Positions 12,890-25,776 are shown, counted from the whole stretch's first letter. The stretch is 61,056 bases of DNA, filler included, from Rhabdomonas costata (GCA_019059605.1; 19 parts of 19 records of this genome joined end to end with filler, not necessarily neighbours in it), one strand, 5' to 3'. Notes: generated from the sequence alone by a model not told the origin. A program made the numbers and translations.

Positions 12890-13400
12890 GGGGTTGGGTT
12901 TGCAGGACTTGCCCGCGCAGCTGACGCCTGAGGAGCTGCTGTCGCGGGTGTACGCGCTGTTTAAGGAGCAGCCCCACTGGGGCATCACCGAGCTGGGCCG
13001 CAGGACAGCTCAGCCACTCACGGCATGTGAGCGTGTGGATATATCTCGCCCTATCCCCTATGCATGGGCTCCCTCCCGCACCGCTTGCATTGCTCGGCAA
13101 TCCGGGTTAGGGTCGAACGAAATGCTTTCTGCTCTTTTGGCTGTGGGATTCGAGAATAAACCTCCCTCCGTTCGGGAATGGGAATGTGCGATGACACGTG
13201 CAGCCGATAAAACACTCTGCAGCTGGCAGAGGGCAGTGATATTTTGCTTTTGCACCCGCCCGGGGCAAGCATCGTGTCGGACTTTCGGGAGGTTTAGGTC
13301 TTGGAGGTTGCACAGCTGTCTCATTCGCCGGTCCGCAGGCCTTGCGAAAGGTGGTCTCCGAGGTTTGCGTGTACGACTACAGTGCGAAGGCCTACGCCCA
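12890..13400 (+). CDS. TFIIF beta (RAP30/Tfg2) C-terminal winged-helix exons; 3' end uncertain
   Basis: Exon 12890-13022 joins the exon starting at 13339 through a GC-AG intron: EELLSRVYALFKEQPHWGITELGRRTAQPLT-ALRKVVSEVCVY. This resembles the RAP30 winged-helix LF..F.....W....L...T.QP...LK..L..I pattern. Confidence 0.65.
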
Positions 13401-13611
13401 CAGAAGCCGACCCATCCCAACAATCCTCATCTTCGGACTTCTGAGGCGATGCAGAGATCAATTCGCAGCCTCGAAAAGGTCTGCCGGGGATAACGGGCGC
13501 CCGCGGCACATCCTCCAGTTAACACAAAAAAGAAGAGAACTGTTCCCCTGCGAGATAATCATAAGTGGACCTAAACAAGACATACAACAAACAACATAAA
13601 CAGGCACGCAC

Positions 13612-15222
13612 CCTCAGCCCTCCAGTCGGACAGTGCGGTGTCGCTGGAGAGCACAGCGAAGGGTCGCCCAGGCTCCGGGGGATCGGTGAAGCTCAGCGAG
13701 CAGCACTCCCGGCGCCGTGTCGCGGGGTCTGTGACGACCACCGCGAGAGCTTCGCTCCCGTCCGCAAACTTAGTCACCCTGAGTCCCAGCGGAGTGAGAT
13801 AAACTCCCCTCTTAATCACAAGTTCTGGTAAACAAACACAACAGCGGCATGGGTGGAGCATGGGTCCCTTAGAACACATAACTTCCGCACTCACGTCGAT
13901 CCGACGTGTACCCCGCCATCGCACATCGCCGTCAAAGGTGAACACAGAACGCATCGTACGAGCGAAAACACCGTTTCTTTCAGCATTCCCAACTCCCTCA
14001 AGGTGAGGGAAGCTCTCACGGGTGCTTGCATTTTAACCCGTTGGCAGCTCCGCTTGGCTGCAAATCCATCGAATCAAATCCGTCATAAAAAACAGAATAG
14101 CTCGGGGGCGTCCCAAGTGCCTGTGGGGTTGCTTTTGTGTCCCCCAAACGCGTCAAACACACTCTTCTCCGACCAAAGCGCAAAAGGGAAGAATTGGTGA
14201 AAGGGCTTGGGGTAGGACCCAAAAAGGAGTTGGTTTGGGTGAGTGTGAGGGAGTCGGGCCGAAGGATGTGGGTGGAACCTCAAAACGGCGTCCTTGGATG
14301 AGGCAACAATCTCCAGCAAGCTGGGGGGCACTTTGACCAGAACAAAATCCCTCCCGCCCGTCTGCGCGCTGTCCAAGCTGAGTTCTTGCCTAAGTGAAAG
14401 GGACTCCCACTCCCTCCTCAAAGGCCTTCCCGGCCCATTGCTAACAAACGTTGCAAAAGGTACACAACAAAGCAAAATCGCCTGATTCCTTTCGGGGATC
14501 AAGAAAAGATCAAGAAAAGAAATGGATTCGGCTTCACAGGCTCATCATAGAGCTAATGATGACGTCAACTAGCGCTATTCGGACGAACAAACCGTGCACA
14601 GTTGCACTCTTACACACATTTTGGACTGATTTTAAAATGACCAATCGCATAGTAAAAGAAGAGTATATCAATGATCACCGCAACTCCTGTTACCCGTCCG
14701 AAGACGAGGCTTATTTTCAAGTAACTCTCTTTTGCGCCTTTGCCTACCCTACTTGTACGTGAATTAGCTTCTTTTTTCCATCAATTTTGGCCCCAAAACC
14801 ACGGTGCCCCTAATTGTGGCCTTTTAACTGGAAAAGGATCTCGGCCCTTTCGTGGTTGTTGTTCGAAGCATGCACCTTCCCACGTGTAGCCAATGTAGAT
14901 TCGATCATAATAGATCATAATAGTGACGTTGACCCAATGGGAGAAGGGGGTTAGTGCATTTTGCATCCAGCTTTGCCTCTTACTTTCTCTACGTGACTAC
15001 ACGCACTGCCGTCACACAGGACCATTGACGCCTTCGTAGGTTTTCAGGCAAAGGCACCACATGTCGAGGTTCGGACGTCCTTTGGTCACCCAAATACTGT
15101 AGCTCACAGGGTATGAGCGGTAGACGCCACTTGAAAGTGGGAAGGAGGGGCACTCACCGAATGTGTCTGGGCGAAGGCTCCGAAAGCTCCGCCTTTGACA
15201 CTTCAGGCGCCACAGAAGACAT
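13612..15222 (-). CDS. TFIIF beta (RAP30/Tfg2) N-terminal exons
   Basis: Four phase-compatible GT-AG exons: 15222-15158, 14425-14279, 14024-13972, 13824-13612. ELSLDSAQTGGRDFVLVKVPPSL resembles RAP30 ELDLTGAKQNTGVWLVKVPKYL, and LGLRVTK..PFAVLSSD..RAEG resembles GKLRIAK..LTVFTES..SLEG. Confidence 0.6.
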
Positions 15223-16649
15223 TCCCACAGAAAGCAGAAAAAAGTTAGAAAAAGAAGAACAAGAAGGAGCTGACAGCTGAGAGAGAGAGAGAGAGAGAGA
15301 GCAAAGCCCGCGCCCGATAACTGGGGACCTTTGTGCAGCTGGCTATGCGTCCTGTGGCACGTTGAGGCACACGACGGGTGGAGAGGGATAATAGGCGTGC
15401 TGAAAAAGAGGCTTTCGTTCGGAAACAGGTGAATGCCATCCCATGCGGAACGGCCCGGCAGCTACGCATAAAGCAAGCGTCCCCACTGTCCAGCATTCTT
15501 CAGCTTCGGATAGCGGGACGTTTGCAGCTACGACTCCAAGGGAACTCATGCAGCCAACGCACCCCTCCGCTTCGGCCGCGTTGCGGGCTGAAGTTCGCGC
15601 CTGGAATACCGTTTATTGCATTCTGGAGTAACGGAAGCCCGCTGCTCTCCGGGCGTCTCAAGACATACTGGACGTGTTCCAAGGGAAGTGTGTTGCCCTC
15701 TAACACACAAAAATTTCTAATGAAACCCAGTGAACAGGGGGAAACAGAAGACGGGTGTTTTTTTCTTTTTTTCCCCGAGGCAGACCTCTTGGACATTCCA
15801 TGCGATTATGCGAACTACTGCTGGATTGTGAGCACTATCCGGGTAAGAAAACTTCCGAAGAAATTCAAGAAAAAAAAATACAGCTCAGCACAAGGCAGTT
15901 CGGCGTTCCGTGACACGAACCAACACCAAACGCGCATGCAACCACGGGAGGGTACTATGCGTGCAGAAAGCTGTTTACGAACGGAAAAAGAGACGGAGCA
16001 AACCACCCAACNNNNNNNNNNNNNNNNNNNNNNNNNNNNNNNNNNNNNNNNNNNNTTAATTAATTAANNNNNNNNNNNNNNNNNNNNNNNNNNNNNNNNN
16101 NNNNNNNNNNNTTTGGGTCGAAAATCACAAACTCTGTAAGTACTCGGTAAGTACATGGGTGGTTTGCAAAAGAAAATATGAGGATGTTAAAGGAGAGAGG
16201 CTTCTTCGGTTTCCTGGAATACCCTCCATGGTTTGACTGACATGGCTCTCCTCGACACTTGCTCGACCTTATGGTAATTGACTGAGAGGATGCAGACTGC
16301 GGTCCTCTGCCGCGGTGATGACACCTACGTTCGCAATCAAGAAAGAAAATTAAGAGCGCATACCACCCAAGACCGTGTGGGGGCTTGTGTATGGTGGTGG
16401 TGGGGTGGGAGAGGTGAGGGAGCTGAGTGAAACAAAATCCCCAAAGCTAAAGCAAAGTTTTCCTGAACGATGAGCGCCACAAGATTTTACATCTGCAAGT
16501 GGTGGTGGGGTGGTGGCTCCAAATCCCTCCTTTTTTATTCGGGGTATGGTTTCACTTTCCAGATGTGTTTCCTTTTTATGCTTTGCCTCCCTATTCCTCC
16601 CATTTTTTCTTCTTCCCTGTGTCCCCCCTCCCCCCGCATACACACACAG

Positions 16650-16762
16650 CCTGGCGGTGCTGCTGAAGGGCTGGAGGGATCGCCTGGGGTTCTGCCTGGG
16701 CGCTCGCAAAGGGATCGACCACCTGGGCCACCAGCTGCTCGCCCGGGTCGACCGCATCCCTG
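16650..16762 (+). CDS. Isolated exon of unknown protein
   Basis: Pyrimidine tract and CAG acceptor, GC3-rich frame LAVLLKGWRDRLGFCLGARKGIDHLGHQLLARVDRIP, then a GTGCAC donor. Confidence 0.45.
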
Positions 16763-17376
16763 GTGCACCTGCACACCCTCCTCCCTCTTCAGATTCTTTT
16801 TCCTGCCCTTCTTCGGAAAGAAAACTTCTTACTTCGGAAATCACGCCCGCCATATGTTTCGCGCGCAACGCCACGCTGCGCCTATGTGAATGCTGCTCTC
16901 CATCTTTGTACAGCACGTGTTACAAAGTTAACTCAGAAAAACCGCTTCTTAGCCACGGTAACATGAGAGCGTTTGAAACCTGTCATGTGCATACGTGCCA
17001 GCCTATCGGCACTTCAACAGTCTCATTCGAATTATAGCTATCTCAGGCTTAGGACTTCAAAAACACAACAAAGTTTCACGGAGTAAATCAACTTAGTTCA
17101 TGCAAGGACTTCATCACCTTGCAAAAGTAAACCTTGGCCGTTAAAAAGGAGCTCCCCTTGAGCAGGAAGCAGGGTGCCCCATTGGGTGCGGTCGTCGTGA
17201 AAAAAGAAACAAGCACCCTTAGATACAGAACCATGCACCTGCGCTGACACCACAAAAGAACTGAAATTATGTGCGAAACTACCAACAGACAAAATGCTCG
17301 GCCTGACCATCCTTGCATCACAACCAAAAGTGAGCATGAGGCAACCCCGAGGAAAAGGAAACCCCGCTCATCACAC

Positions 17377-18074
17377 CCGTTTGCAGCGCGGGTGAGCCAC
17401 TGCACAATCTCCGAGCGGGAGATCCGCCCGTCGCGGTCCTGGTCGAGGTCTTTCGGGGAGACGTTCAGGTCGATAGACGCGGCGGCCGCGGTGAAGCTGC
17501 GGCGCGAGCTCGGCGACAGCGAAGCCATGAACACCTTGACGTTCTCAGGGTGGTGCGCAAGGGTCGCGGCAAGGTAAGCCAACTTCTCTTCGGAAAGAGC
17601 TGTGATTCGCGTGGAGGCGGTGGTTTGCAAGGCAGAAGCAGTGAAGAAGTGGGGTGGCGGGCGCTTGCAGAACCGCTACGGTCACATTTTCCAAGCGCCA
17701 TAAATTGATTTGTGCGTTGTTGTGTATTTTTTGCAGTGCGTGCATGCGCGTGGTGCAGGAGGAAAGTGGGGTGGAAATGGCGAACAATAGTGACTTGTTC
17801 CATTTTATCTGTGAAACTGCGCCCACAAGAGAGAGAAATACGTTTGCTGGGCTTCACAGCCGATGTGACGTGTCCACAATAGGGGATCCCCTGGTTGGGT
17901 GTTGATCTGGCCAACGCACCCTTTATGAAAGCCATAGAATTTTCACGCAGGCCTCCCCTCCACCCCCAACCACAGCATCACACTTGTTGGGTGTCCACGC
18001 CGCTGCCTGCACCCCTCACATGGGGCCCTCCACCGCCGCCAAGGCGCAGCCCAGCCCAACCTGCGCTGCAGCAT
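17377..18074 (-). CDS. EF-hand protein with possible mitochondrial presequence; first two exons
   Basis: Exon 18074-18027 (MLQRRLGWAAPWRRWR) and exon 17663-17377, which contains the EF-hand loop DQDRDGRISRSE. The join needs a GC donor. Confidence 0.6.
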
Positions 18075-18421
18075 TTCGGAGGGGCTTCGGAGGGACGGGG
18101 AGATTGTGACAGGGGAAGGCGGTGGGCGTGAGTGGGTAGGAAGTAGGAATAAACCAAGGGGGGGCCCGTGACAAGAGATTGCTTGTAGAAAAGGTGGGGA
18201 AGGGAGTATTCGAGCGCTTTCTCCATAAGCTCGCCCACAAAGAAACCATGGAAAGGGTACTCTTTTCCTTCCGCCGCCCACCATCCGGTACAAACTCATC
18301 CTCATATCAGGCAGCCCGAACAGTATCCCGGGTAGTTCACACTTTGTTTTTCTTTCCCCCGGCACCCAAACAGCCCAAGACGACACGCGGCACAGAGATC
18401 CACACATAAACTATCTACAAG

Positions 18422-18543
18422 CCTCTCGAACTGCACCAACGGGGCTGTGGCGTGCGGCTGGAATCTGCTCTGGAAGGAGTCGGAGTGGCGCAATCGTATC
18501 GGGGGGATTATAGTTATGAACACTTCCTACAATGCCACTGCTG
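18422..18543 (+). CDS. Isolated exon of unknown protein
   Basis: CAAG acceptor, frame LSNCTNGAVACGWNLLWKESEWRNRIGGIIVMNTSYNATA, GTAAGC donor. Confidence 0.4.
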
Positions 18544-19334
18544 GTAAGCGGGGGTTTGGGTTAAGGTTAGGTTATGGTTGTCGCTGGTTCACTGGTTCAT
18601 CAGAAGATCGTGTTGGGGCCACCGGGGGTGGGTTGCAGTAATAATCCGGGCTGGGATACGGTCTGTCGGCTTGTGCCTCCCCGCTTCTCTTCTGTGCAGG
18701 TGGTGGACAGCGATCGTGACGTGACAATTTCGCCCACTTACCCCTCCCCAATAGACATTTTGTGTTTTGTGTTGCTAATAGTTCGATGTATTCCTGATTG
18801 CTACGAGGATGCGAAGAAAAAGCAGGGGTCGCGCAGCATGCGTGAGCCAAAGGCTTCAATTTAGGTTTGCAAGAGGCACCAAAGGACACATTGATTTGAA
18901 AATAAAGGCAGACATTAACCTGTGAAAACCTGCGCGGCCTTTGTCTAATCTGATTCATTTAAACGTTTTCTTTTGAATGTCTTCACCACAGAATAAGCAA
19001 GACAGAACCAAGAAAAGGGTGAAGAATGGTGGCGCAGGGTTCCAATGGGAGAATACCGCCACCAAAAACGGCCATACGGGAAACAAATACAGTACAGGTT
19101 GCAACCCCATCACAACAGCTAACACTCACCAGTGGCTCTGGGGGGCTCGCAAGAGGGAAGGAAGCCTTGGATGACCTCACAAAGAAAGAGCCAAAAAGGG
19201 ATATTCTCGGACCCCCAGAGCCAGCAAAACCACANNNNNNNNNNNNNNNNNNNNNNNNNNNNNNNNNNNNNNNNNNNNTTAATTAATTAANNNNNNNNNN
19301 NNNNNNNNNNNNNNNNNNNNNNNNNNNNNNNNNN

Positions 19335-19648
19335 AAGGCAAGAGACTTTGCCGCGGCATTGGAGATCCACTTCTGCACTGGTTCAAGCTTGGAGGGTGAC
19401 CCTTCTGCGGGTGTTGGCAAGGCGGTGTCGGTGCTTGGCTGGCCCTCTTCCTTTTCTTTCGAAATAGGAACCGTTGAGGGGAGGCAGGCCAAGGCCGGGG
19501 CTGGGGACTCGCAATCCACCACTGCCGGGGTAGGGACCGAATCACAGTCCGAGATTGTGTTGTCAAAGTGGGGCAGTACCGCAGCTTCCCGAGGCGTCAG
19601 GGCAGCCTCACAGTCCGAGGGGATTGCAGCTGGAGTCTCACTGGCCAT
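19335..19648 (-). CDS. Low-complexity Pro/Ser/Ala/Glu-rich coding segment, runs off contig
   Basis: Open frame MASETPAAIPSDCE..KWISNAAAKSL; no recognisable domain. Confidence 0.4.
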
Positions 19649-19871
19649 TTTCCTTCCCGCCCCTTCTCTTGCACAAAAAACAAAAAGAGTGCCTCTCCGC
19701 TGAAAGAAAAACGCAGAGAGGAAATGTATTTTATATGATGATTTTATATTCTATTGAAGACGTCCCCTTCATTCTTTGTTTCGGGTGATAGGAAGGAGCA
19801 ACCACCACCGAGAAGGAGAAGTTCCCGAAAAAGCGGAGCAGTATTTCTCAGCGGAGCAGTGCAGTATTCCT

Positions 19872-19908
19872 CACCACCACCACCACCACCATCACCACCA
19901 CCACCACC
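19872..19908 (+). repeat. (CAC)n trinucleotide microsatellite
   Basis: About 12 CAC/CAT units read directly. Other simple repeats: (GA)n near 15279-15301, (GT)n near 23288-23304 and 47014-47036, (AC)n near 47499-47520. Confidence 0.9.
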
Positions 19909-21309
19909 GAAAACGTATTTTCTGGGATACCTGCAGAATTTCGGGAGTTCGTTGGAGGGCGATACGCGCGCGAGGCAATACATTGCCGGGAGGGGGGGTC
20001 TGTCACCACAGCACCGTTTGCACTTTTTGGAGTCTATATTTGCTGAAGACAGCCTTTCCGCCCTCCTGAGAGTATACACCGCCCTGCTCAGCCTCACCAG
20101 ACGTTTTTTACATTTCATGGGAATTATTTGGCGACTGCTTTACACGCGCTCCTCTGAATGCATGATGGTGAGCTTTACAATGAGTACAACAGGACATTGT
20201 GCGCACCAGTGCAGAAATGACCCCGTTGCGCAGCAGCATCCGGTATCATGTCTTTCTGGGATGCAATTGTGTCACAGTATTACGGTCAGCTCGCCAGCGG
20301 CATCCCCCCGCCCGTCCGAAAACATGGAGCTGCAGCCGCTCTGGGAAGTACAGCGCAATGGCGTGCAAGGGTGTCCGGTGTCGGAGAGACCGCCACCCCA
20401 AGGGTAGGCTCAGCACGAAGTTGACGGGTCTTTCAGGGCAGGGAGGGGGGGGTTCCTGCTGTCGCAGGGCCTCCACCCCGCGGGCAGGTTTTTGGCCTTG
20501 GAACCACTGGGGCAAAATGGAATCGATCTCTGCTTACTTCTTTACTGCAATTACAAGAAAATTTTTCGCACATTTTTTTTTGGGTCATTCTGAGAAATCC
20601 ACACGTTCTTCCTCCGTCGAGCCGTAGAATTCCGCTGCCTCCAAACTGATCAAGGCTCAGTGCGTCTCAGGCTGCAGCAGTAGCGGTCCGCAAAGTCCCA
20701 AACCGTTTAACGCCGTTGGACATTTAACTCCTTCCCCAAAAAACACAATTGTCACAACCAATCCTTCAGAGCAAACCCCCCCACCAACCACCTGGCGGTC
20801 CCAGTGATAAGGGACTAAATGGGCATGGCATATTGATCACATAAATCGTCAAGCTGGTGCTCGTGCGAGCTGGGACCCAAGGGCTGGAAACAGTGCGCGA
20901 AAAACCTCCAAGTGGCACTATAAGGTTCCCTATGATTTGCCAGGAGAGTGCAATCAGATAGGAACGGAGCTGAATCCTCACTGTTGTAAAACACAGCAGA
21001 TCTAGTCACGAAGTACATCCAAAGAGGAAAGCTCGGCGAAGAAAGGAGAATCCGCCTATGCTTCCCGCAGTCCCGATCTGATTGCCACGCACATTTAAGG
21101 CCATTATCCATTGTTTAGCTGCCAGCTAAACTGTTCACCATTTCCCGGACTTAGGTTTTGGTAAAGCATGTCTGCATTGGATCCGGAGTGAACGTTATGG
21201 ATGCTTTTTTTCCCGACCTGAGGAATGTCCCCCTTGGTTTTCCAGTGCGTACGCATTGGGGAAACATCAAATTAACCACCGCGTTTTAACCACCGAGATA
21301 TTCGGCACT

Positions 21310-21476
21310 CCTTCAGCAGTGTACCTTTTTATGACACTCTTCTTGATGAACATTTGCACTGATGGTATCTCGCAGGGGGTTAAGAAGCAAGGCAAGGCAA
21401 GCGTCCCCATTTCATCTCAAATGGGGCTAGGAAGCGATGCACGCGTCCCGTAAAAAAAAAGGTACACTGCTGAAGG
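21310..21476. mobile_element. Short inverted-repeat-bounded element (MITE-like)
   Basis: CCTTCAGCAGTGTACCTTTTT (21310-21330) has a perfect reverse complement at 21456-21476, with weaker complementarity further out. It is internal to the contig. Confidence 0.45.
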
Positions 21477-22118
21477 TAAGCCAGATATTCTTAGGGTGGC
21501 TTCATCCCAGGAGAGGTTGTGCTCAGCAGGAAGGGTCTCCAGGTGAGTTTATGACTTTGTCCAGATAGGAAGCACGGCAGTTCGAGGCATGAACAGTGTA
21601 GAAAGAGGCATTGACGTGGCCTATATATAGTAGAAGGCTTGTAGTGGTGGTTTGAGTGTCATGTCAGGTTTACCCCAGCAAGCAAAGGGACGGACGCTGC
21701 GGTGTTCTTGGGATGGGTTTGGTGTTGAACGATTAAACAACGAAACCCCTCTACGGACTCTACGAACGTTACAGGTCGGTTACGTCCTGGCTCCTGGTGT
21801 CAGCTCAAAGGTTGTCACTCTTGGAACGCTATGCTGTGGTAGCCATGCTCGCAGTGGGGTTGGACTGTAACGTTGGTGCAGGGCAGTGCCGATGTATTTC
21901 TTCCAGTTTCCTCGCGTACGACGCTGATCGACTGAGTGGGTGGGGTGTTGGCCGAAGGAGAGAGTACAAGTGTGGTACTGGTGTCGAGCAGGCCGATCGC
22001 AGCAGAACCGCAGGGTCCCTCTTTTTTGTCTCAGCCTTTTGCTGTGACTGTTGCCCTTTTGTCTCCTCCCTTACAGCCTTTCTCCTCCTCCTCCTCAGAA
22101 ATGATTTCGTCCCTTCCC

Positions 22119-22455
22119 GAGGATCTCGAAAAATGTTTTCCCACGTTGCCCTGGTATGGCCTTTTCGGTGTGCTGACGGACGCTGGTGTTCCACCTACCC
22201 TGGTGGGTTGCTTGCGGAGCTTTTACAACAGTCTACGTCACCAATTCCCTTTGGGCCAAGTGGATGGTTCCTTGTGGGCCACGGGCAACGACCTCGCCCA
22301 GGGTTGCCCAGCGAGTCCTGATCTGTTGAATTTCATTTTCGAACCTTTTCACCGCTGGGCCGCCGCTCAGTCAAAAGGTGTCTTCGTCGCTGGTCAGTGG
22401 ATACCTTCGGAAAGCTTTGCCGACGACGTCACCCTGCTGGCCACTTCTCTCGAGG
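22119..22455 (+). mobile_element. Non-LTR retrotransposon reverse transcriptase fragment (5' truncated, runs off contig)
   Basis: RT motifs in order: DLEKCF..L.W, LAQGCPASPDLLN, FADDVTLLATS. Confidence 0.9.
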
Positions 22456-22969
22456 NNNNNNNNNNNNNNNNNNNNNNNNNNNNNNNNNNNNNNNNNNNNT
22501 TAATTAATTAANNNNNNNNNNNNNNNNNNNNNNNNNNNNNNNNNNNNNNNNNNNNCTCCAGTCAGATTCGGTGAGGTTGTTGGTTGACTGAGTGAACCTC
22601 TTGGAAATGCTCAAAAGCTGAATTCTGGGTTGTCCCCAGCTTCTTCTCATGCCTCAGCACCTGGACAACGCCCCCTCCCCCCAAAGAGCGAATTGGTTAT
22701 CAGATTTTCTCCCACGTTAGTTTCTCTGGTTTGTTTCTTTACCCTCCGCCAAAATTACACGGCACAGCAGCTGAACTGGAGAAGACGCATGTTGCTCGTG
22801 TCATCAGCACAGTGCCAACCCCATCCACTTTCAATGTTCGACCATTAAGAATTGGTGTGCATCCTGTTTTCTGAGGATGCGTTGTTTGTTGGTTTCTCGT
22901 TTTCTTTCAGGGTCTTTACTTTTTCATTTGGTTTGTTTCTGGAGTTATTTTTGTAAGTGCGACCAAAGG

Positions 22970-25480
22970 ATGAACCCCGAGAGGTGGAGTGTTCCCGAGG
23001 TTTTGTCCTGGCTCGGCCTGATCGGCGCTGAGAAGTACTCCGACGCCTTCCGCACCAACCGCGTGGATGGCCGCGTCCTCTTCACCGTGAACTCGCAGGC
23101 GCTGAAGTCCGTGCTCGGGGTGAACACCCTTGCCGACCGCAAGGTGATTCTATCTGCAATTGCCGATCTCAGGGCGAAGACCAACTCCGGAGCCTCCCCC
23201 TCCTCCTCCACAGCGTACTCCTCGGCCGCTGCCGCTGCCATCCTCGAAGAGGAAGAGGACGAGGATGTATGACGAACAAACCTCCGCGTGTGTGTGTGTG
23301 TGTGTTGGTCTCGCAATCGACCGTAGTTTAAGTCCGCGGTTGGAGCCTTGAGCCGAGTTTGATGCTCCTGATGTGGATCTCGTGATGCTTGGCTTGTGTT
23401 TTTTCTTCAACTTTTGCAATCTGAGTGTCTTTTATGCATCGGTTTGTGGTCCCTTATTTTGTACGCTCGCCGTGGCCACCGGGAAGCATCGAAGTGCGCT
23501 GAGTCTCCATGGGCAATCCGCGTTTCTGCAGGGGTGAATAGGTCGCTGCGGGATGAATGGGCAATGGTTGTGCTTCCCTCTCACCCCTCTCGGAAGACCG
23601 TCATGCGGCCCCCAAGCACGAGCACCAACTTCATTGTGCCGATGGTGCCCATGCTGGACTCCCCGGTGGAGAAGAGGGCCAGCTCTCCCTCGGCAGGGCT
23701 CAACCGCACGGGCTCGAAGGTCACCTTCGACGACAACGCCGTGGAAAACGGCGCAGAGGAGGTGCGCCTGAGCATATTTGGCAGCAATAAAGCAGCCGTT
23801 GAATGTTTTCTGCTTGAGAACGCTAGACCTTGAGCACCTCAGCGCAGCAGGGAGAGGACTAGGGAGGTGCTGCACAGTTTATGTCCTCAATTGGGCTCTT
23901 GCCGTCGCTCTTGTGTTAAAAAAAGGAAAGGAAAAGGTCCCAATTGGCCTTGAACTCAAACCAGCCGTTGGGTGGCTCAGCGGAAGAGAGCGTGCCTCCT
24001 GCAAAGATCGGGGTAGCGAGATATAGATATAACCGGATTTAAGACGATGCCACGTCTGTCCAACAACACTGGGTGCTGCTCAAGTTAGTTTCCATTGGAA
24101 TTCCGCAAACAAGCTCCGTTTTTTTTCCGGGTTTGAAGGTGTGTGGGCTAGCACCCCTGGCTGGGGCTTTGACAGATGAGAAGCAGCATGTCGGGAAAAG
24201 TTCAATCAACTGACCAATTTCGGTCTCACACCAGTACTGCATTAACCATCAGAACCATCAAAATTCCATTGACAGAGTTGATCTTGAAACGACCCAAACT
24301 GAACTTTAATCGTGCACGCCTTCAAAGTTTACTGTGCATCCCAAACTTATTATCAACACTGTACTTGCATCCCAAACCAAGGACAATATTGACAAGAGCG
24401 ACCTGGGGGCCTGGGGCGCCGCATTGGCCCGAAAGGAGAAGACCCTCTCCGCGCGCGAGCGGGCGCTGGCCCGCCGAGAAGAGCAGCTCGCCGTGCGGGC
24501 CAAGGAGCTGGAGAAGAACCTGGCCGCGTTCAACCTGGAGAGGGAGCAGTGGATGAAGTCGAGGTTGTTCACGCAGAGGATTCCGTCTTGTCTTGGCTTC
24601 TCTTGTGGTTGTCATGCACATGGTTGTTCTTGCTACCCTTTGCGAACGTTTCCATGAGGTGCAACCTCCCCCTTTCTCTAATTTCATGTGTCGTAACGTG
24701 TGCACTCCCGGAAGTGTGCGCCCCCTTTTTCTGGGCGCTCATGGGTGCCCGTGACCGCTGTGAGAGTGTGGGACAAGGTTTGGGGTCTCGTGGATGTATC
24801 GTCTACTCCAAAACTATACGTAGAGTGTCACGGGTGGAAATGGAAGCTACTCCACACGGAAGGAGTCTGATGTCCTCTTTTATGGTATTCTTAGTGTTGT
24901 GCGATAGCCCCTTTCCTTGCTCGCTTTGGTCGAATGCACCCAAGTGCACCCATCCCAATAACCAGTTCGCTGCCCATTAATTATCAAATTTCATCTAGCC
25001 CAACTGCCACATCTATTTTATCTGGGTTCCATCTTCAGTCCAGGATTTGTTTTGCACCGAACGCGGGAGTTCATTTTTGGCCGAAATGGTTAGGGATTGG
25101 AGAGAGGGTGTCCTTCACTCGCTCCTCTGCCCCACAACCAGACTTGTGTTGCCGCCTCCTGCAGAGGAATGCCCGCAAAGGGCGGCCAGGTCGCCGCGGG
25201 CACCCCCGTGAAGTTCTCGCTGTCTCCGAACGTCATCGTGTGCGACGAGCACGGGGTGCGGGTGGAGAAGATCACCTCGGTGCTGAAGAGGTTGGCCCCC
25301 CAGGTCAGCCCCTTCCTGTATTCCCGGGAGCAGCCCAGCCTGGACAGCTGCGATGGGGTGGTGTCGATGTACACCCGGGACATGCTCCGTCGCGAGGAGA
25401 GCTCTGTGGGTATCCACGCAATGTGTCTGTGGTCGCGCTCTGTTCACGGCGTGAAATCCGGGCGGGGCCACGAACGCTGA
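22970..25480 (+). CDS. SAM-domain / coiled-coil protein, at least 4 exons (3' end uncertain)
   Basis: Phase-compatible exons 22970-23266, 23597-23761, 24382-24563 and 25165 onward. PERWSVPEVLSWL..YSDAFRTNRVDGRVL..LGV..LADRKVILSAI is a SAM domain; exon 3 is an E/R/K/A heptad coil. Confidence 0.85.
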
Positions 25481-25776
25481 GGCCAGCTGTGAGGCGGTAG
25501 AACACGCTGGACTATTACATAAAACCTTCCCCGGTCAAAGCAGGACGCTGGTCTACGTATTTACACAAATCAGTGTGTGGTCCTTGCCGCCCATGCCACG
25601 AAATGTGGGTGACGGTCGCTTGGCATATTTGTGGAGAACAAAAAACACCAGCACAGAGCGGCCCACAACCCNNNNNNNNNNNNNNNNNNNNNNNNNNNNN
25701 NNNNNNNNNNNNNNNTTAATTAATTAANNNNNNNNNNNNNNNNNNNNNNNNNNNNNNNNNNNNNNNNNNNNTGTTG

